Shown one piece after another: positions 17,938 to 27,552 of a DNA stretch of 58,599 bases (position 1 is its first letter; each line of letters starts with the position of its first letter). A model generated the notes under the pieces. The model saw only the letters and a list, made by a program, of their open reading frames with translations. It was not told where the DNA came from and ran no database searches. This DNA comes from Vampirovibrionales bacterium (lineage in GTDB: Bacteria; Cyanobacteriota; Vampirovibrionia; Vampirovibrionales; JAGQHJ01), in assembly GCA_025451145.1 (NCBI GenBank), contig JANWKX010000015.1:1-58599 (forward strand). Reading direction: 5' to 3'. A program made the translations under genes and the position numbers.

Positions 17938-18900
17938 TTAATCTTCCAAAGCTGCTTCTGGCGTTTTTTTGGCGACTTTTTTAGTGGCTTTTGCAGGCTC
18001 TTTATCGGCGCTTTCTGCCCCATTGGATTCAGCCGCCGCTTTGGCTTTTGCCGCTTCAAGCTCTTCTTTCATCTTGGGGGGCAAATCCTCACGCTCTTCA
18101 TTCCATCTGGGCAAGGCCATTTCTTTACGAATCAAGCCAATGGCCACATGCACCCGCCATTCATCCATTCTCAGTTGTTTGGAAATGATTTTATGGATAC
18201 CGATGGGGGGGAGTGGTAGGAAGCCTTCATATAAGGCCCGAACGGCGGTTAATTGGTCTGGCGTGACTGCCAAAGGCCGTTTGGGATAATCCATGGGCGG
18301 CAGTTTCATTTTCTTACGGACCAGATTAATCCCAAAAAACACTTTATTGGGCTCAATTTCCAAGGCTTGCGCAATGGTCACATGAGCATCAGGATTGGGG
18401 AGAGGCAACATGGCCTTGTAGCGTTTTTCAATTTCAAACATGACCTCTTTGGGGATGAGCAGTTTTTTAGCGGGGGGCCGTCTTGGACCACCCCCTTGAG
18501 GACGAAATCCACCGCCTCCTCTGGGGCCTTGGAAACCACCGCCTTGATACGGAGGTCCGCCTCGGCGAAAACCACCACCGGGGCCACCCTGAGGGGGTGG
18601 ACCACCAAAACCGCGGGGGCGTTGTTGCTGAGGGTAGGCGCCTTGATTTTGAGGTCCGCCGTAGCCACCACCCTGGCCTGGCCCATGCTGTTGAGGATAT
18701 CGAGGCTGTCCATAGGGTTGTTGATGTTGAGGGGCTCCATAGCCTTGATGGGGCTGACCGTATGGGGCCTGTTGTCGGGGTAAAGGTTCAATTGAGGGGG
18801 CTGCTGCGCGATCTAGGTATAAGCAATTGGGGCAAACGATACGTTTTGGATTTTTGGTTTCAAATGCCTGACCACACTTCGAGCAATAGTTCGTATGCAT
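17938..18900 (-). CDS. hypothetical Zn-ribbon protein with a Q/G/P/Y-RGG low-complexity region and a duplicated helical module
   Basis: 320 aa. The N-terminus has CxxC-x13-CxxC ('CSKCG...CPNC'). Residues about 31-143 are Q/G/P/Y-rich with repeated GGGF(R/Q) units. Two similar modules of about 53 aa follow ('Y..MLPLP...H..I...L...V...I.LVRKKM.LP'), then a Lys/Ala/Glu tail. The codon-level low complexity explains the many overlapping antisense ORFs. Confidence 0.7.
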   Translation of the reverse strand: MHTNYCSKCGQAFETKNPKRIVCPNCLYLDRAAAPSIEPLPRQQAPYGQPHQGYGAPQHQQPYGQPRYPQQHGPGQGGGYGGPQNQGAYPQQQRPRGFGGPPPQGGPGGGFRRGGPPYQGGGFQGPRGGGGFRPQGGGPRRPPAKKLLIPKEVMFEIEKRYKAMLPLPNPDAHVTIAQALEIEPNKVFFGINLVRKKMKLPPMDYPKRPLAVTPDQLTAVRALYEGFLPLPPIGIHKIISKQLRMDEWRVHVAIGLIRKEMALPRWNEEREDLPPKMKEELEAAKAKAAAESNGAESADKEPAKATKKVAKKTPEAALED

Positions 18901-19065
18901 ATTATTTGTCGCTTATCTTATAAAGACCCTTAACGGTAAATTGGCGTCTTCTCTTGCCTCTCCACTTTTCGCCAAAAATGAATTGTGTATCTATCATACT
19001 TTCCCACGTATAATAAAATCATACCATACTGTCAATAAAATTGTAGTTAAACATTAACTTTACCT

Positions 19066-19746
19066 ATGTCATCATCCGGTTCTTTATTTAATATTATGGG
19101 TCCTATTATGATTGGCCCATCAAGCTCTCATACGGCTGGGGCTGTTCGATTGGCCTTACTTGCCCGTAATATTGCCAATCAACCCATTCGGAAGGTTCAG
19201 TTTATCCTTTATAATTCTTTTGCCAAAACGTACCGAGGACATGGGACGGATAGAGGCTTATTGGCAGGGATTTTGGGATATTCCGTTGAGGATAACGCCA
19301 TTCGCGATATGTTTAAAAATGCCGAGCAGACCGATCTGGAATATCAATTTATTCCCTATGATCAGCCCAACCCCTTTCCCCCGAATACCGTGAAATTTGA
19401 GATAACTTTGGCCAATGGCGATTTTTTAACGGTGATTGGGCATTCTATTGGGGGCGGGCAAGTCTATGTATCTCGCATCAATGAGTATTCAGTCGCCCTG
19501 AAAGGCGAATACCCCACATTGGTGATGTTTTATCATGATCAACCCGGAATGATCTGGCAAGTCACCAAGATCATTGCCGAAGAACAAATTAATATTGCTT
19601 CGTTAAATTGCACACGCAAGGCAAAAGGGACTGAAGCGTTTATGGCCATTTGTTTGGATAGTTTACTCCCAGAACCCCAGGTGAAAGCCATTCGGGAAAT
19701 TACTGAAGTTTATACGGTTTATAATGTGGATAAAATACCATTATGA
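19066..19746 (+). CDS. sdaAB: L-serine ammonia-lyase, iron-sulfur-dependent, beta subunit
   Basis: 226 aa with 'IGPSSSHTAGA' and a C-terminal ACT-like domain. Its stop overlaps the sdaAA start (ATGA). Confidence 0.9.
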   Translation: MSSSGSLFNIMGPIMIGPSSSHTAGAVRLALLARNIANQPIRKVQFILYNSFAKTYRGHGTDRGLLAGILGYSVEDNAIRDMFKNAEQTDLEYQFIPYDQPNPFPPNTVKFEITLANGDFLTVIGHSIGGGQVYVSRINEYSVALKGEYPTLVMFYHDQPGMIWQVTKIIAEEQINIASLNCTRKAKGTEAFMAICLDSLLPEPQVKAIREITEVYTVYNVDKIPL

Positions 19747-20630
19747 CGAATTTTTCAACCTTTAAGGACTTATTATCCTATTGCCAAGAGCATCATGTTT
19801 CCATTGGTGAGGCCGCATTGGAATATGAAGTCGCTCGAGGGGAGCGATCGGAAGCGGATATTCTTCTGGGAGCACGGAAAATTCTGGAGCAGATGCGGGC
19901 TACTATTGAATCCGGACTGTACTCTGATGAACCGTCTATGAGTGGCTTATCAGGAGGGTTTTCTAAAAAAGTCATGGCATTTAGCGAGTCCCCCCAATCG
20001 TTTATGTCCTCACTGGAGCATCGCATGATTGCCTACGCCTTGGCCACGTTGGAAGAAAACAGCCGGATGCGTAAAATTGTGGCCTGTCCGACGGCAGGTG
20101 GGAGTGGTGTGGTCCCAGGCGTTTTGATTGCCTTGACTGATGAGAAGCAGATTCCCATGCCCACCCTTGAAAAGGCCCTTTTGGCCGCTGGCATGGTGGG
20201 CGGCATTGTTTCACAGCGGATGCACCTTTCAGGAGCCGCAGCCGGATGCCAGGCAGAGGTAGGTGTCGCAACGGGTATGTCGGCAGCGGCCATAGTGGAA
20301 GCCTTAGGCGGAACCCCTCAGCAGGCCTTGGATGCGGTTGCCATTGCTTTGAAAAATATGATGGGACTGGTCTGCGATCCGGTGGCAGGCTTGGTGGAAG
20401 TGCCTTGTGTCAAGCGAAATGCGGTAGCGGGTATCCACGCTTCAGCGGCAGCGACCATTGCCTTGGCGGGGATTCCCAGTTTTATTCCCTTGGATGAAAT
20501 TATTGATGCCATGGTCAGTGTGGGGCAAATGATGCCGCCGCAGCTGAAAGAAAGCGCTGAAGGCGGATTGGCCAAAACGCCCACAGCCGTTTCTTTTACG
20601 GAGCGGCTGTACGGAGAGCAACCCGATTAA
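19743..20630 (+). CDS. sdaAA: L-serine ammonia-lyase, iron-sulfur-dependent, alpha subunit
   Basis: 295 aa with 'CPTAGGSGVVPG', 'AAGCQAEVG' and 'GLVCDPVAGLVEVPCVKRN' motifs of the alpha subunit. Confidence 0.9.
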   Translation: MTNFSTFKDLLSYCQEHHVSIGEAALEYEVARGERSEADILLGARKILEQMRATIESGLYSDEPSMSGLSGGFSKKVMAFSESPQSFMSSLEHRMIAYALATLEENSRMRKIVACPTAGGSGVVPGVLIALTDEKQIPMPTLEKALLAAGMVGGIVSQRMHLSGAAAGCQAEVGVATGMSAAAIVEALGGTPQQALDAVAIALKNMMGLVCDPVAGLVEVPCVKRNAVAGIHASAAATIALAGIPSFIPLDEIIDAMVSVGQMMPPQLKESAEGGLAKTPTAVSFTERLYGEQPD

Positions 20631-20656
20631 ACAAGCCATGAGGGGGGAATGGAACA

Positions 20657-21106
20657 ATGCGTATGATTACCCTGGCCTCACCGGATATTCAGGGCATTGC
20701 TTATGAGATTCAAACCCAAACCCTGTATGTGATGTTTCACCAAGGATCCGTGTATCAGTACTGCCCGGTGACATCGAAATCCTATGCTGAATTGATGAAC
20801 GCCGATAATCTGACTGAATACCTGACCGATCAGATTCAAAAAAAGACGACGGCCAAAAAGCTGGTCAAATTGCTGCCAGTGGCTTCTGCCAGCATTCAAC
20901 GCCTGGGGTATGATGCCGACACCTATCATCTGTTCATCCAGTTTCAGAATGGCTCAGTCTATGATTACCAAGATATTTCTCCGACACTCTATGCCGAATT
21001 GATGAATGCCTCTTCCATGGGCGCTTTTGTGAATCGGCGTATTCGCAATCATTTTCCGTATGAGAAGATTTGGTTTGAACGAATGCCTGCTCACGCTTTT
21101 CATTAG
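20657..21106 (+). CDS. KTSC domain-containing protein (two tandem KTSC domains)
   Basis: 149 aa with a repeated pattern: 'IQGIAYEIQTQTLYVMFHQGSVYQYCPVTSKSYAELMNA' and 'IQRLGYDADTYHLFIQFQNGSVYDYQDISPTLYAELMNA'. Confidence 0.8.
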   Translation: MRMITLASPDIQGIAYEIQTQTLYVMFHQGSVYQYCPVTSKSYAELMNADNLTEYLTDQIQKKTTAKKLVKLLPVASASIQRLGYDADTYHLFIQFQNGSVYDYQDISPTLYAELMNASSMGAFVNRRIRNHFPYEKIWFERMPAHAFH

Positions 21107-21117
21107 GGGAAGGTTAT

Positions 21118-21693
21118 TTAACTGCCAGCACTGGCCAGGCGATAAAGAGGAATACTCGGGGCACTTGTGGGGGATGGACCAATATCACCCCCAGGAATAT
21201 CAGAATAATCCTGAGTCCCAAAATTAATAATCAAGACAAGTTGATCTTCTCCAACTTTATTGGGCAGAGCGGTGCCGTTCCAATCAATGGCAATGCCTTC
21301 ATACCACTGGTTTCCCCCGGGATTGCTCAATCCGACAATGACAGCGCCATCTTCCAAAACCACACCGGGTTGGGTTTCTTCGCCAATAGAACCTTGAGTG
21401 GCTGTATTCCAGCAACCTTCACTAGCTGCGTTGGTCGAGCAATATTGCTTGGCCTGAATGCGGCTTAAAAAGAAGTTACTAAAATTCGAAGGTGTGAGCT
21501 GGGAGGAGGAGATGCCATCATCTTCAATTTGGGCCAGAAGCGAAAGGCACTCCCTGAACGTGGCCAATTTTTGTTTATCCTGGTAGCCCGTTACAATACG
21601 TGGAATGCTGAAGGCCGCGATCATGCCCAGAATTCCTAAAACAATCAGGACTTCCATGAGGGTAAACCCGGAAAGAGAGCGTATCTTTGGCAT
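21118..21693 (-). CDS. prepilin-type N-terminal cleavage/methylation domain protein (pseudopilin/type IV pilin-like)
   Basis: 191 aa with an N-terminal 'LSG/FTLMEVLIVLGILGMIAAF' class III signal peptide with Glu+5. Confidence 0.8.
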   Translation of the reverse strand: MPKIRSLSGFTLMEVLIVLGILGMIAAFSIPRIVTGYQDKQKLATFRECLSLLAQIEDDGISSSQLTPSNFSNFFLSRIQAKQYCSTNAASEGCWNTATQGSIGEETQPGVVLEDGAVIVGLSNPGGNQWYEGIAIDWNGTALPNKVGEDQLVLIINFGTQDYSDIPGGDIGPSPTSAPSIPLYRLASAGS

Positions 21694-21791
21694 ATTGGAT
21701 TCCTAGCAGGGGAGGGCTGTCAACCGCGATCTATTGTGGATATCGACAGGGGCTTGGAGAACTTTATGATTTAAATCCTGTGTGGCCATTG

Positions 21792-22895
21792 CTACGCATG
21801 GCGACCTTGGCTTTTGGGATCCAAGGTGTCCCGTAGTTTATCGCCCACCACATTAAAGGCCAGAATGGTTAAAAAGATTAAAATCCCAGGGCCCAATAAT
21901 AACCAGGGCCGGAGCATAATATTGCTCAAATCTTGGGCTTCATGGAGCATGTTGCCCCAACTGGCGTCAGGAGGTTGAATACCGAGTCCCAGGAAACTTA
22001 AGCTGCTTTCGGCCAATAAATAATTCGGAACGCCCAGCGTGGCGGCAATAATAAAATACGTGGCGGTCTGGGGCAAAATATGCTTGAGGATGATATTAAA
22101 GGGGCCTGCTCCCAAGGATCTGGAAGCTTCCACAAAATCTAATTCTTTTAACGAAAGCACCATCCCTCGAATAATCCGGGCCAGCCCTGCCCAGCCAATC
22201 AATGCCAGAATCATGACCACCAAGGCAAAACGTTGGCTACTGGGCAAGCCTGAAGGCAAAATGGCAGCCAGGCTGATGAGGAGATAAAAACTGGGAATGC
22301 TCATAATAATTTCGGCCAGCCGCATCATGCCATTATCCAGACGGCCTCCAAAGTACCCGGAAATGCCGCCGTAAATCAGGCCAATAGGAAAGGCGATGAG
22401 CAATCCCAAGAAACCGATGGTCAGTGATACTTGCCCCCCGTATAACAACCGAGAGAAGTTGTCTCGTCCGTTAAAATCCGTGCCCAGCAGGAAAAGCCGA
22501 GCCGGAGAATCCACCCCGAATAAATGAACCTCTCCGGGAATCAGCCCTAAAACTTTATAGGGCTGGCCTTTGATGAAAAACCGAATGGGGTAATCCTTGC
22601 TGTAATCGGGATAAAAACCAAACCCATAGGTGATGGGATCAAGGCGGCGGTGGTAGGTGACGACGAAAGGCCAGGTTAAATGCCCGTTTTCCATAATAAA
22701 AACAGGTGTCGGCGGGGCGTAGGCCAGATCCCGATCACTATTGTTCTCCGAATACGGTGCAATCGTCCCGGCAAATAAGATGGTGAGATACATCACGATG
22801 AGGAAAATCAGGCTGGCGAAAACAATTTTGTCTTGGGTAAACGCCTTCCAAACTTTACGGCCTTTGCCTTTTTCTGCGGGATAAATGGCCATCAT
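21792..22895 (-). CDS. ABC transporter permease, OppC/DppC-like
   Basis: 367 aa and polytopic, with a long first periplasmic loop. EAA-type loop 'FVEASRSLGAGPFNIILKHILP'. Its start overlaps the upstream permease stop by 4 nt. Confidence 0.88.
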   Translation of the reverse strand: MMAIYPAEKGKGRKVWKAFTQDKIVFASLIFLIVMYLTILFAGTIAPYSENNSDRDLAYAPPTPVFIMENGHLTWPFVVTYHRRLDPITYGFGFYPDYSKDYPIRFFIKGQPYKVLGLIPGEVHLFGVDSPARLFLLGTDFNGRDNFSRLLYGGQVSLTIGFLGLLIAFPIGLIYGGISGYFGGRLDNGMMRLAEIIMSIPSFYLLISLAAILPSGLPSSQRFALVVMILALIGWAGLARIIRGMVLSLKELDFVEASRSLGAGPFNIILKHILPQTATYFIIAATLGVPNYLLAESSLSFLGLGIQPPDASWGNMLHEAQDLSNIMLRPWLLLGPGILIFLTILAFNVVGDKLRDTLDPKSQGRHA

Positions 22896-23983
22896 TCAAG
22901 CTCGATTCTGGGATCGACTAATTTTAACAGGATATCGCCGAGTAGATTACCAGCGACCAGCAACACTGCTCCAAGGACCAGGACGGTCATTGCCAGGTTG
23001 GTATCGGTTTGCCGGACGGCTTCTAAAGCGGTAAACCCCAGGCCTGGGAATCGAAGAACCATTTCCACCAGAGCCGCACCACTGAGTAAACCTGCAAATT
23101 CATAGCCAAACATGGTCACCAGAGGATTAATGGCGGTCCTGACCGCATGCTTATAGATGACCTTGTTTTCCGGAAGGCCTTTGGCTCTGGCCACCCGGAC
23201 ATATTCCGCTTCCAGAACGTCTAACAGGTTGCCGCGCATTTGCCGTTGAAGCCCTGCAATACCAGAGATCGTCAGGACAATCACAGGAAGCACCAGATGC
23301 GCTGCCAAGTCTCCGGTCTTTTGAAGCAAGGTTAAGTGATCAAAATTATCACTGGTGATGCCCCCCACCGGTGGCCAGCCGATTTTCACCGCAATCACCG
23401 CCAGTAAAAGCGCTATGACAAATGATGGTGCGGCCATCCCCACGGCAGAAAACACCGTCAAAAAGGAATCAGCTTTTGAACGCCAGTGTAAGGCGGCATA
23501 GACCCCTAAGGGGATGGCAATCAGCCAGCATGAGAGCAAGGTGAGTAGATTTAAAATCAACGTATTGGGGATCCGGGTCATCAAGATTCGGCTGACCTCT
23601 TCTCCGGAAAAGGATTTTCCAAAGTCCGGTTGAAAAACCAGCCAAAATCGCCCGGTTTTCAGTTCTGAAAAGTCAAAGTGAAAAATATGGCTAATCCAAA
23701 GCCAGTATTGCATGTAAAATGGTTTATCCAAGCCCAATCGGGCTTTTTCATGTTCATATGCCGCCTTGGAAATCTGCGGGTTCTGGCGTAACTCGGCCAA
23801 CGGGTCAATGGGATTTTTAAAATGATATTCTTTCAGGATTTGGACGCTGTGCCCCCCCATCGGTAGTGACAGTGGCCCTATGGTCACATCATAGCGCATG
23901 ATAAAAAAGCTGATCATTGAGACAATGAGCAACGTCGGAATGGCAATGAGTACACGCTTTAGAATGTAAAGATAGATGGGCAT
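22892..23983 (-). CDS. ABC transporter permease, OppB/DppB-like
   Basis: 363 aa with N-terminus 'YILKRVLIAIPTLLIVSMISFFIM' and EAA loop 'YVRVARAKGLPENKVIYKHAVR'. Confidence 0.88.
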   Translation of the reverse strand: MPIYLYILKRVLIAIPTLLIVSMISFFIMRYDVTIGPLSLPMGGHSVQILKEYHFKNPIDPLAELRQNPQISKAAYEHEKARLGLDKPFYMQYWLWISHIFHFDFSELKTGRFWLVFQPDFGKSFSGEEVSRILMTRIPNTLILNLLTLLSCWLIAIPLGVYAALHWRSKADSFLTVFSAVGMAAPSFVIALLLAVIAVKIGWPPVGGITSDNFDHLTLLQKTGDLAAHLVLPVIVLTISGIAGLQRQMRGNLLDVLEAEYVRVARAKGLPENKVIYKHAVRTAINPLVTMFGYEFAGLLSGAALVEMVLRFPGLGFTALEAVRQTDTNLAMTVLVLGAVLLVAGNLLGDILLKLVDPRIELE

Positions 23984-24161
23984 ACTTTATCGTCGCTCTT
24001 GAGAGGCCATTTCGTCAACCCTAACACGTTTGTCTCGCCTCTGGCAGTGAGACGAAGGGCCACTCTGTTCACGCATCGAGAAGCCTTGATCTTATTTTAA
24101 ATGCAAATTCCAAGTCGACACAGAGAAAACGATGTCTCAAACCCGATGGAAATTCAGACCT

Positions 24162-24200
24162 GAAAAAAGGAAGTATTTTCACCGATAGAAAATACTTCCT
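24162..24200 (-). terminator. rho-independent terminator downstream of the amphi-Trp gene
   Basis: A perfect 13-bp inverted repeat AGGAAGTATTTTC / GAAAATACTTCCT (24168-24180 and 24188-24200) has a 7-nt loop and is followed on the minus strand by TTTTTT. Confidence 0.7.
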
Positions 24201-24233
24201 TCAAAATGCGTTTTTCTGGTATTTAATCTGCCC

Positions 24234-24473
24234 TTAGCACCATTTTAAGGTGAATTCCAGTTCATGTTCACCTTCATCAACTTCATACTCCACCCGTAAC
24301 TTCCGGGCTTTTTGTAAGACCCCTGCCGGAATGGTAAATTGGCGATCGTTAACGGTGACTTGAAATTCCCGATTGTTTTCCAAGGCATTGACGGTTTGAC
24401 GGAGTATGGTTAAAAACTGGTCGGGTTTTAAATATTGTTTTAGTTCCATATCCTGTACACTTTGTTGAGCCAT
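24234..24473 (-). CDS. amphi-Trp domain-containing small protein
   Basis: 79 aa counted from the ATG at 24473, which is preceded by GGAGGA. It ends in 'EGEHELEFTLKWC', resembling the amphi-Trp family C-terminus. The longer 119-aa ORF is probably not used. Confidence 0.6.
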   Translation of the reverse strand: MAQQSVQDMELKQYLKPDQFLTILRQTVNALENNREFQVTVNDRQFTIPAGVLQKARKLRVEYEVDEGEHELEFTLKWC

Positions 24474-24650
24474 GGTGTCCTCCTTTGCTTTTTTATACCC
24501 GAATCCTTTTCCAAGCGGTCGAATTATCCCATACTGCTTGATAGGAACAAGGTTAACGGATTTTTCCATTAAAAAGAATGGACACAATGGCAATTCTGAA
24601 ATGGCTTGCTTTCAGAGCGCAAGCGATGGATTTTTCAAAGATTGAGCAGG

Positions 24651-26099
24651 TTAGTGCTTATAAAAATTCAAATCAGGTGAACGTGCGGCCAAAACCTCAT
24701 CAACCCGCTGAATCGGTGTTGAATGGGGGGCATTGATAATGGTTTCAGGTGTCGTCTTTGATTCTTCATCAATGGTGATCATGGCCTGGACAAAGGCATC
24801 CAGCGTCTGCTTGGATTCTGTTTCCGTGGGCTCAATCATCATGGCTTCAGGGACAATGAGGGGGAAATACACAGTCGGTGGGTGAAACCCATAATCCATC
24901 AAGCGTTTGGCAAGGGTCATGGTATTGATGTGTTCATCACGGGCATGTTGATGTTGGCTGGTCAGGATGAATTCATGCATGCAAATTTGAGGAAATGCTA
25001 CATGGTAGTTGTCTTTAAGGCTTTCTTTTAAATAATTTGCGTTTAAAACAGCCGTTTCAGCCACTTCCCGTAATCCCAGTAATCCATAGGCACTGATATA
25101 AGCATAGGCTCTCAGCAAAATTTCCATGTTGCCGTAGAAGGCTTTGACTTTCCCAATGCTTTTAGGCCGATTGAAATCCAACGCATACTGGCCATTTTGG
25201 TGAGTCACAACCGGGACAGGCAGAAAGGGCGCTAAAAGCTCATTGACCAGAACGGGGCCACTCCCTGGACCACCCCCGCCATGTGGGGTTGCAAAGGTTT
25301 TATGGGTGTTGATGTGCATGACATCAAACCCCATCTTGGCAACCTGAATGATCCCGGCAATGGCATTGAGGTTTGCGCCATCGTAATAGCAAAGACCGCC
25401 TGCCTCATGGACCAATCGGGTGATTTCCAAAATGTCTTTCTCAAATAGCCCCAAAGTATTGGGATTGGTCAACATGATGGCTGCCGTTTTGGAAGACAAA
25501 TGCTTTTTGAGCATCTCCATATTGACCAGGCCATCTGGATTGCTGGGAATCTCGACGATTTTAAAGCCACACATGGCCGCAGATGCAGGATTCGTACCAT
25601 GGGCCGAATCGGGAATCAGGACTTCAATTCGGTCATGATCCTGGCGCTGCTCATGGTAGGCTTTGATCATCATCATGCCCACCAGCTCTCCCTGGGCCCC
25701 AGCTGCGGGCTGAAGGGTCGCTGCCGTAAATCCGGTGAGTTCTATCAAAATCTGCTGAAGGCGATACAGGATCTCCAAAGTCCCTTGGGCATATTCATCG
25801 GGCGTTTCCGGGTGTAATTGGGTAAACCCAGGGAGTTGGCCAATGACATCGCAAATCTTCGGATTATATTTCATGGTACAGGAGCCTAAGGGGTAAAATC
25901 CGGTATCAATGGCATGGTTTTGCTGAGAAAGCTTGACGAAATGACGCATAATTTCCAGCTGGGACAGCTCCGGGAGGCGAGGCTTGGTTTGACGTTGAAG
26001 GGTCTTGGGAATCCAGGATTGTAAACCAGCCTTATTTTGCGCCTCAGGCAAGGAAACCCCTTGTCGCCCAGAAACGGATTGTTCAAAAAGCGTTGGCAT
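24651..26099 (-). CDS. gcvPB: glycine dehydrogenase (aminomethyl-transferring) subunit 2
   Basis: PLP-dependent P-protein C-terminal half, with 'GSCTMKYNP' and 'NTHKTFATPHGGGGPG' (PLP Lys). The ATG at 26099 shares one nucleotide with the gcvPA stop (TAATG). Confidence 0.93.
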   Translation of the reverse strand: MPTLFEQSVSGRQGVSLPEAQNKAGLQSWIPKTLQRQTKPRLPELSQLEIMRHFVKLSQQNHAIDTGFYPLGSCTMKYNPKICDVIGQLPGFTQLHPETPDEYAQGTLEILYRLQQILIELTGFTAATLQPAAGAQGELVGMMMIKAYHEQRQDHDRIEVLIPDSAHGTNPASAAMCGFKIVEIPSNPDGLVNMEMLKKHLSSKTAAIMLTNPNTLGLFEKDILEITRLVHEAGGLCYYDGANLNAIAGIIQVAKMGFDVMHINTHKTFATPHGGGGPGSGPVLVNELLAPFLPVPVVTHQNGQYALDFNRPKSIGKVKAFYGNMEILLRAYAYISAYGLLGLREVAETAVLNANYLKESLKDNYHVAFPQICMHEFILTSQHQHARDEHINTMTLAKRLMDYGFHPPTVYFPLIVPEAMMIEPTETESKQTLDAFVQAMITIDEESKTTPETIINAPHSTPIQRVDEVLAARSPDLNFYKH

Positions 26100-27517
26100 T
26101 AAGAATCCCTCCCATTGACCAGACATGCCATGGGAGCCTGTCCAGCGCCTGCTGATCCTGAAGTCTTTTGATCTAATACACGCTTAAATGCGTCGATATA
26201 CCGTTCCAGACTTTCTGGTGAATTCATTTCCGTCACAGCAATCAGTAAGGTCTGGGATTCATCTGGCCAATAGCGCCCGACATCAATCCCTGCCAAAATA
26301 TGGTGCGATTCAGCCATCTGTTGAATCATCATCTTGGCGGGTATTGGTAAGGTCAGTGCAAACTCATAGAGAAAGGGCTGAGGCGTTCGTAAGGAGACCC
26401 CTGGCAACTTGATTAATGCTTCTGCCAAAGCGTGGGCACGTTCGGCGGAAACACCGGCAATCTGCTGAAGGCCTTGGGGACCGACGAGACTCATATAAAC
26501 GGTTGCCTTCAATACGTTTAAGGATTGGTTGGTACAAATATTACTGGTGGCCTTTTCACGGCGAATATGTTGCTCACGGGTTTGAAGCGTCAATGTGTAG
26601 GCCGTTTTTCCGCTTTTATCCCGGGTTCGCCCCACCACTCGGCCTGGAAGCTGACGAAGCCATTTCTCGGTGGTGGCCACAAAACCGCCGTAGGGCCCGC
26701 CAAAATTGAGAGAGTTACCAAACTGCTGGATGTCGCCGTAAACAATCTGAGCCCCAAAGCGGCTAGGCGGCTCCAGAATCCCCAATGTCATGGGATCCAC
26801 ACCCACAATGAAAATGATCCCGGCAGCATCACACAGCGATTGATACGGCAATAAATCATAGAGGCTACCCAGGTAATCCGGTTGCTGGACAATCACAGCC
26901 CCAATGGATTTAGGATCCTCTTCAAGCTGAGATTCTAACGGTTGGTTCGGATCAAAAAATCGGAGCGTAATCCCACCAAGCGCCTCAACATAGGTTTCTA
27001 AAACCTGTTGATGGTGAGGATTGGTGGTTTTGGACAGATAGATAACTTTTCGGCGGGTTGCCCGTAGGGCCATAAAGGCAGATTCGCTTAAGGCGCTTGC
27101 CCCATCATAGACAGAGGCGTTGGCCACATCCATCCCAGTGAGTTCAGCGATCATGGTTTGAAACTCATAGATCATCTGAAGGGTGCCCTGGCTAATTTCA
27201 GGTTGGTAAGGTGTATATGCCGTATAAAATTCAGAACGTGAGGCAATGGTGTTAACGGCAGGCGGAATAAACCGTGCGTAAGCGCCACCGCCTAGAAAGG
27301 CATCAAAGGGGGTACCTGCGTTTTTCCCAGCCAATAGGATTAAATGTTGCTGGAGTTCTAACTCAGTCATCCCTTCAAGGGGCAAAGTGTTGACCTGAAT
27401 AGGCTTTTTCAGTTGGGCAGGAATGGCTTCAAACAAATCATCTGTCTTAGACACACCAATTTTCTGAAGCATCAATTGGCGTTCTTCAGGGGTATGGGGA
27501 ATAAAATTAGTCATCAT
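26099..27517 (-). CDS. gcvPA: glycine dehydrogenase (aminomethyl-transferring) subunit 1
   Basis: 472 aa with 'FLGGGAY', 'YTPYQPEISQGTLQ' and 'NASVYDGASA', typical of the P-protein N-terminal half. Confidence 0.93.
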   Translation of the reverse strand: MMTNFIPHTPEERQLMLQKIGVSKTDDLFEAIPAQLKKPIQVNTLPLEGMTELELQQHLILLAGKNAGTPFDAFLGGGAYARFIPPAVNTIASRSEFYTAYTPYQPEISQGTLQMIYEFQTMIAELTGMDVANASVYDGASALSESAFMALRATRRKVIYLSKTTNPHHQQVLETYVEALGGITLRFFDPNQPLESQLEEDPKSIGAVIVQQPDYLGSLYDLLPYQSLCDAAGIIFIVGVDPMTLGILEPPSRFGAQIVYGDIQQFGNSLNFGGPYGGFVATTEKWLRQLPGRVVGRTRDKSGKTAYTLTLQTREQHIRREKATSNICTNQSLNVLKATVYMSLVGPQGLQQIAGVSAERAHALAEALIKLPGVSLRTPQPFLYEFALTLPIPAKMMIQQMAESHHILAGIDVGRYWPDESQTLLIAVTEMNSPESLERYIDAFKRVLDQKTSGSAGAGQAPMACLVNGRDS

Positions 27518-27552
27518 CCACTCCTAAAACGTAAACCGGCTATCAAGCGGGT

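Noticed and set aside
18253-18923. Several long ORFs on both strands (176, 146 and 137 aa) overlapping the Zn-ribbon/RGG gene.
   Set aside because: They are frame-shifted or antisense readings of the G/C-rich, codon-repetitive Q/G/P region. They have no starts with an SD and no sensible composition, and only the 320-aa minus-strand frame has coherent domains.
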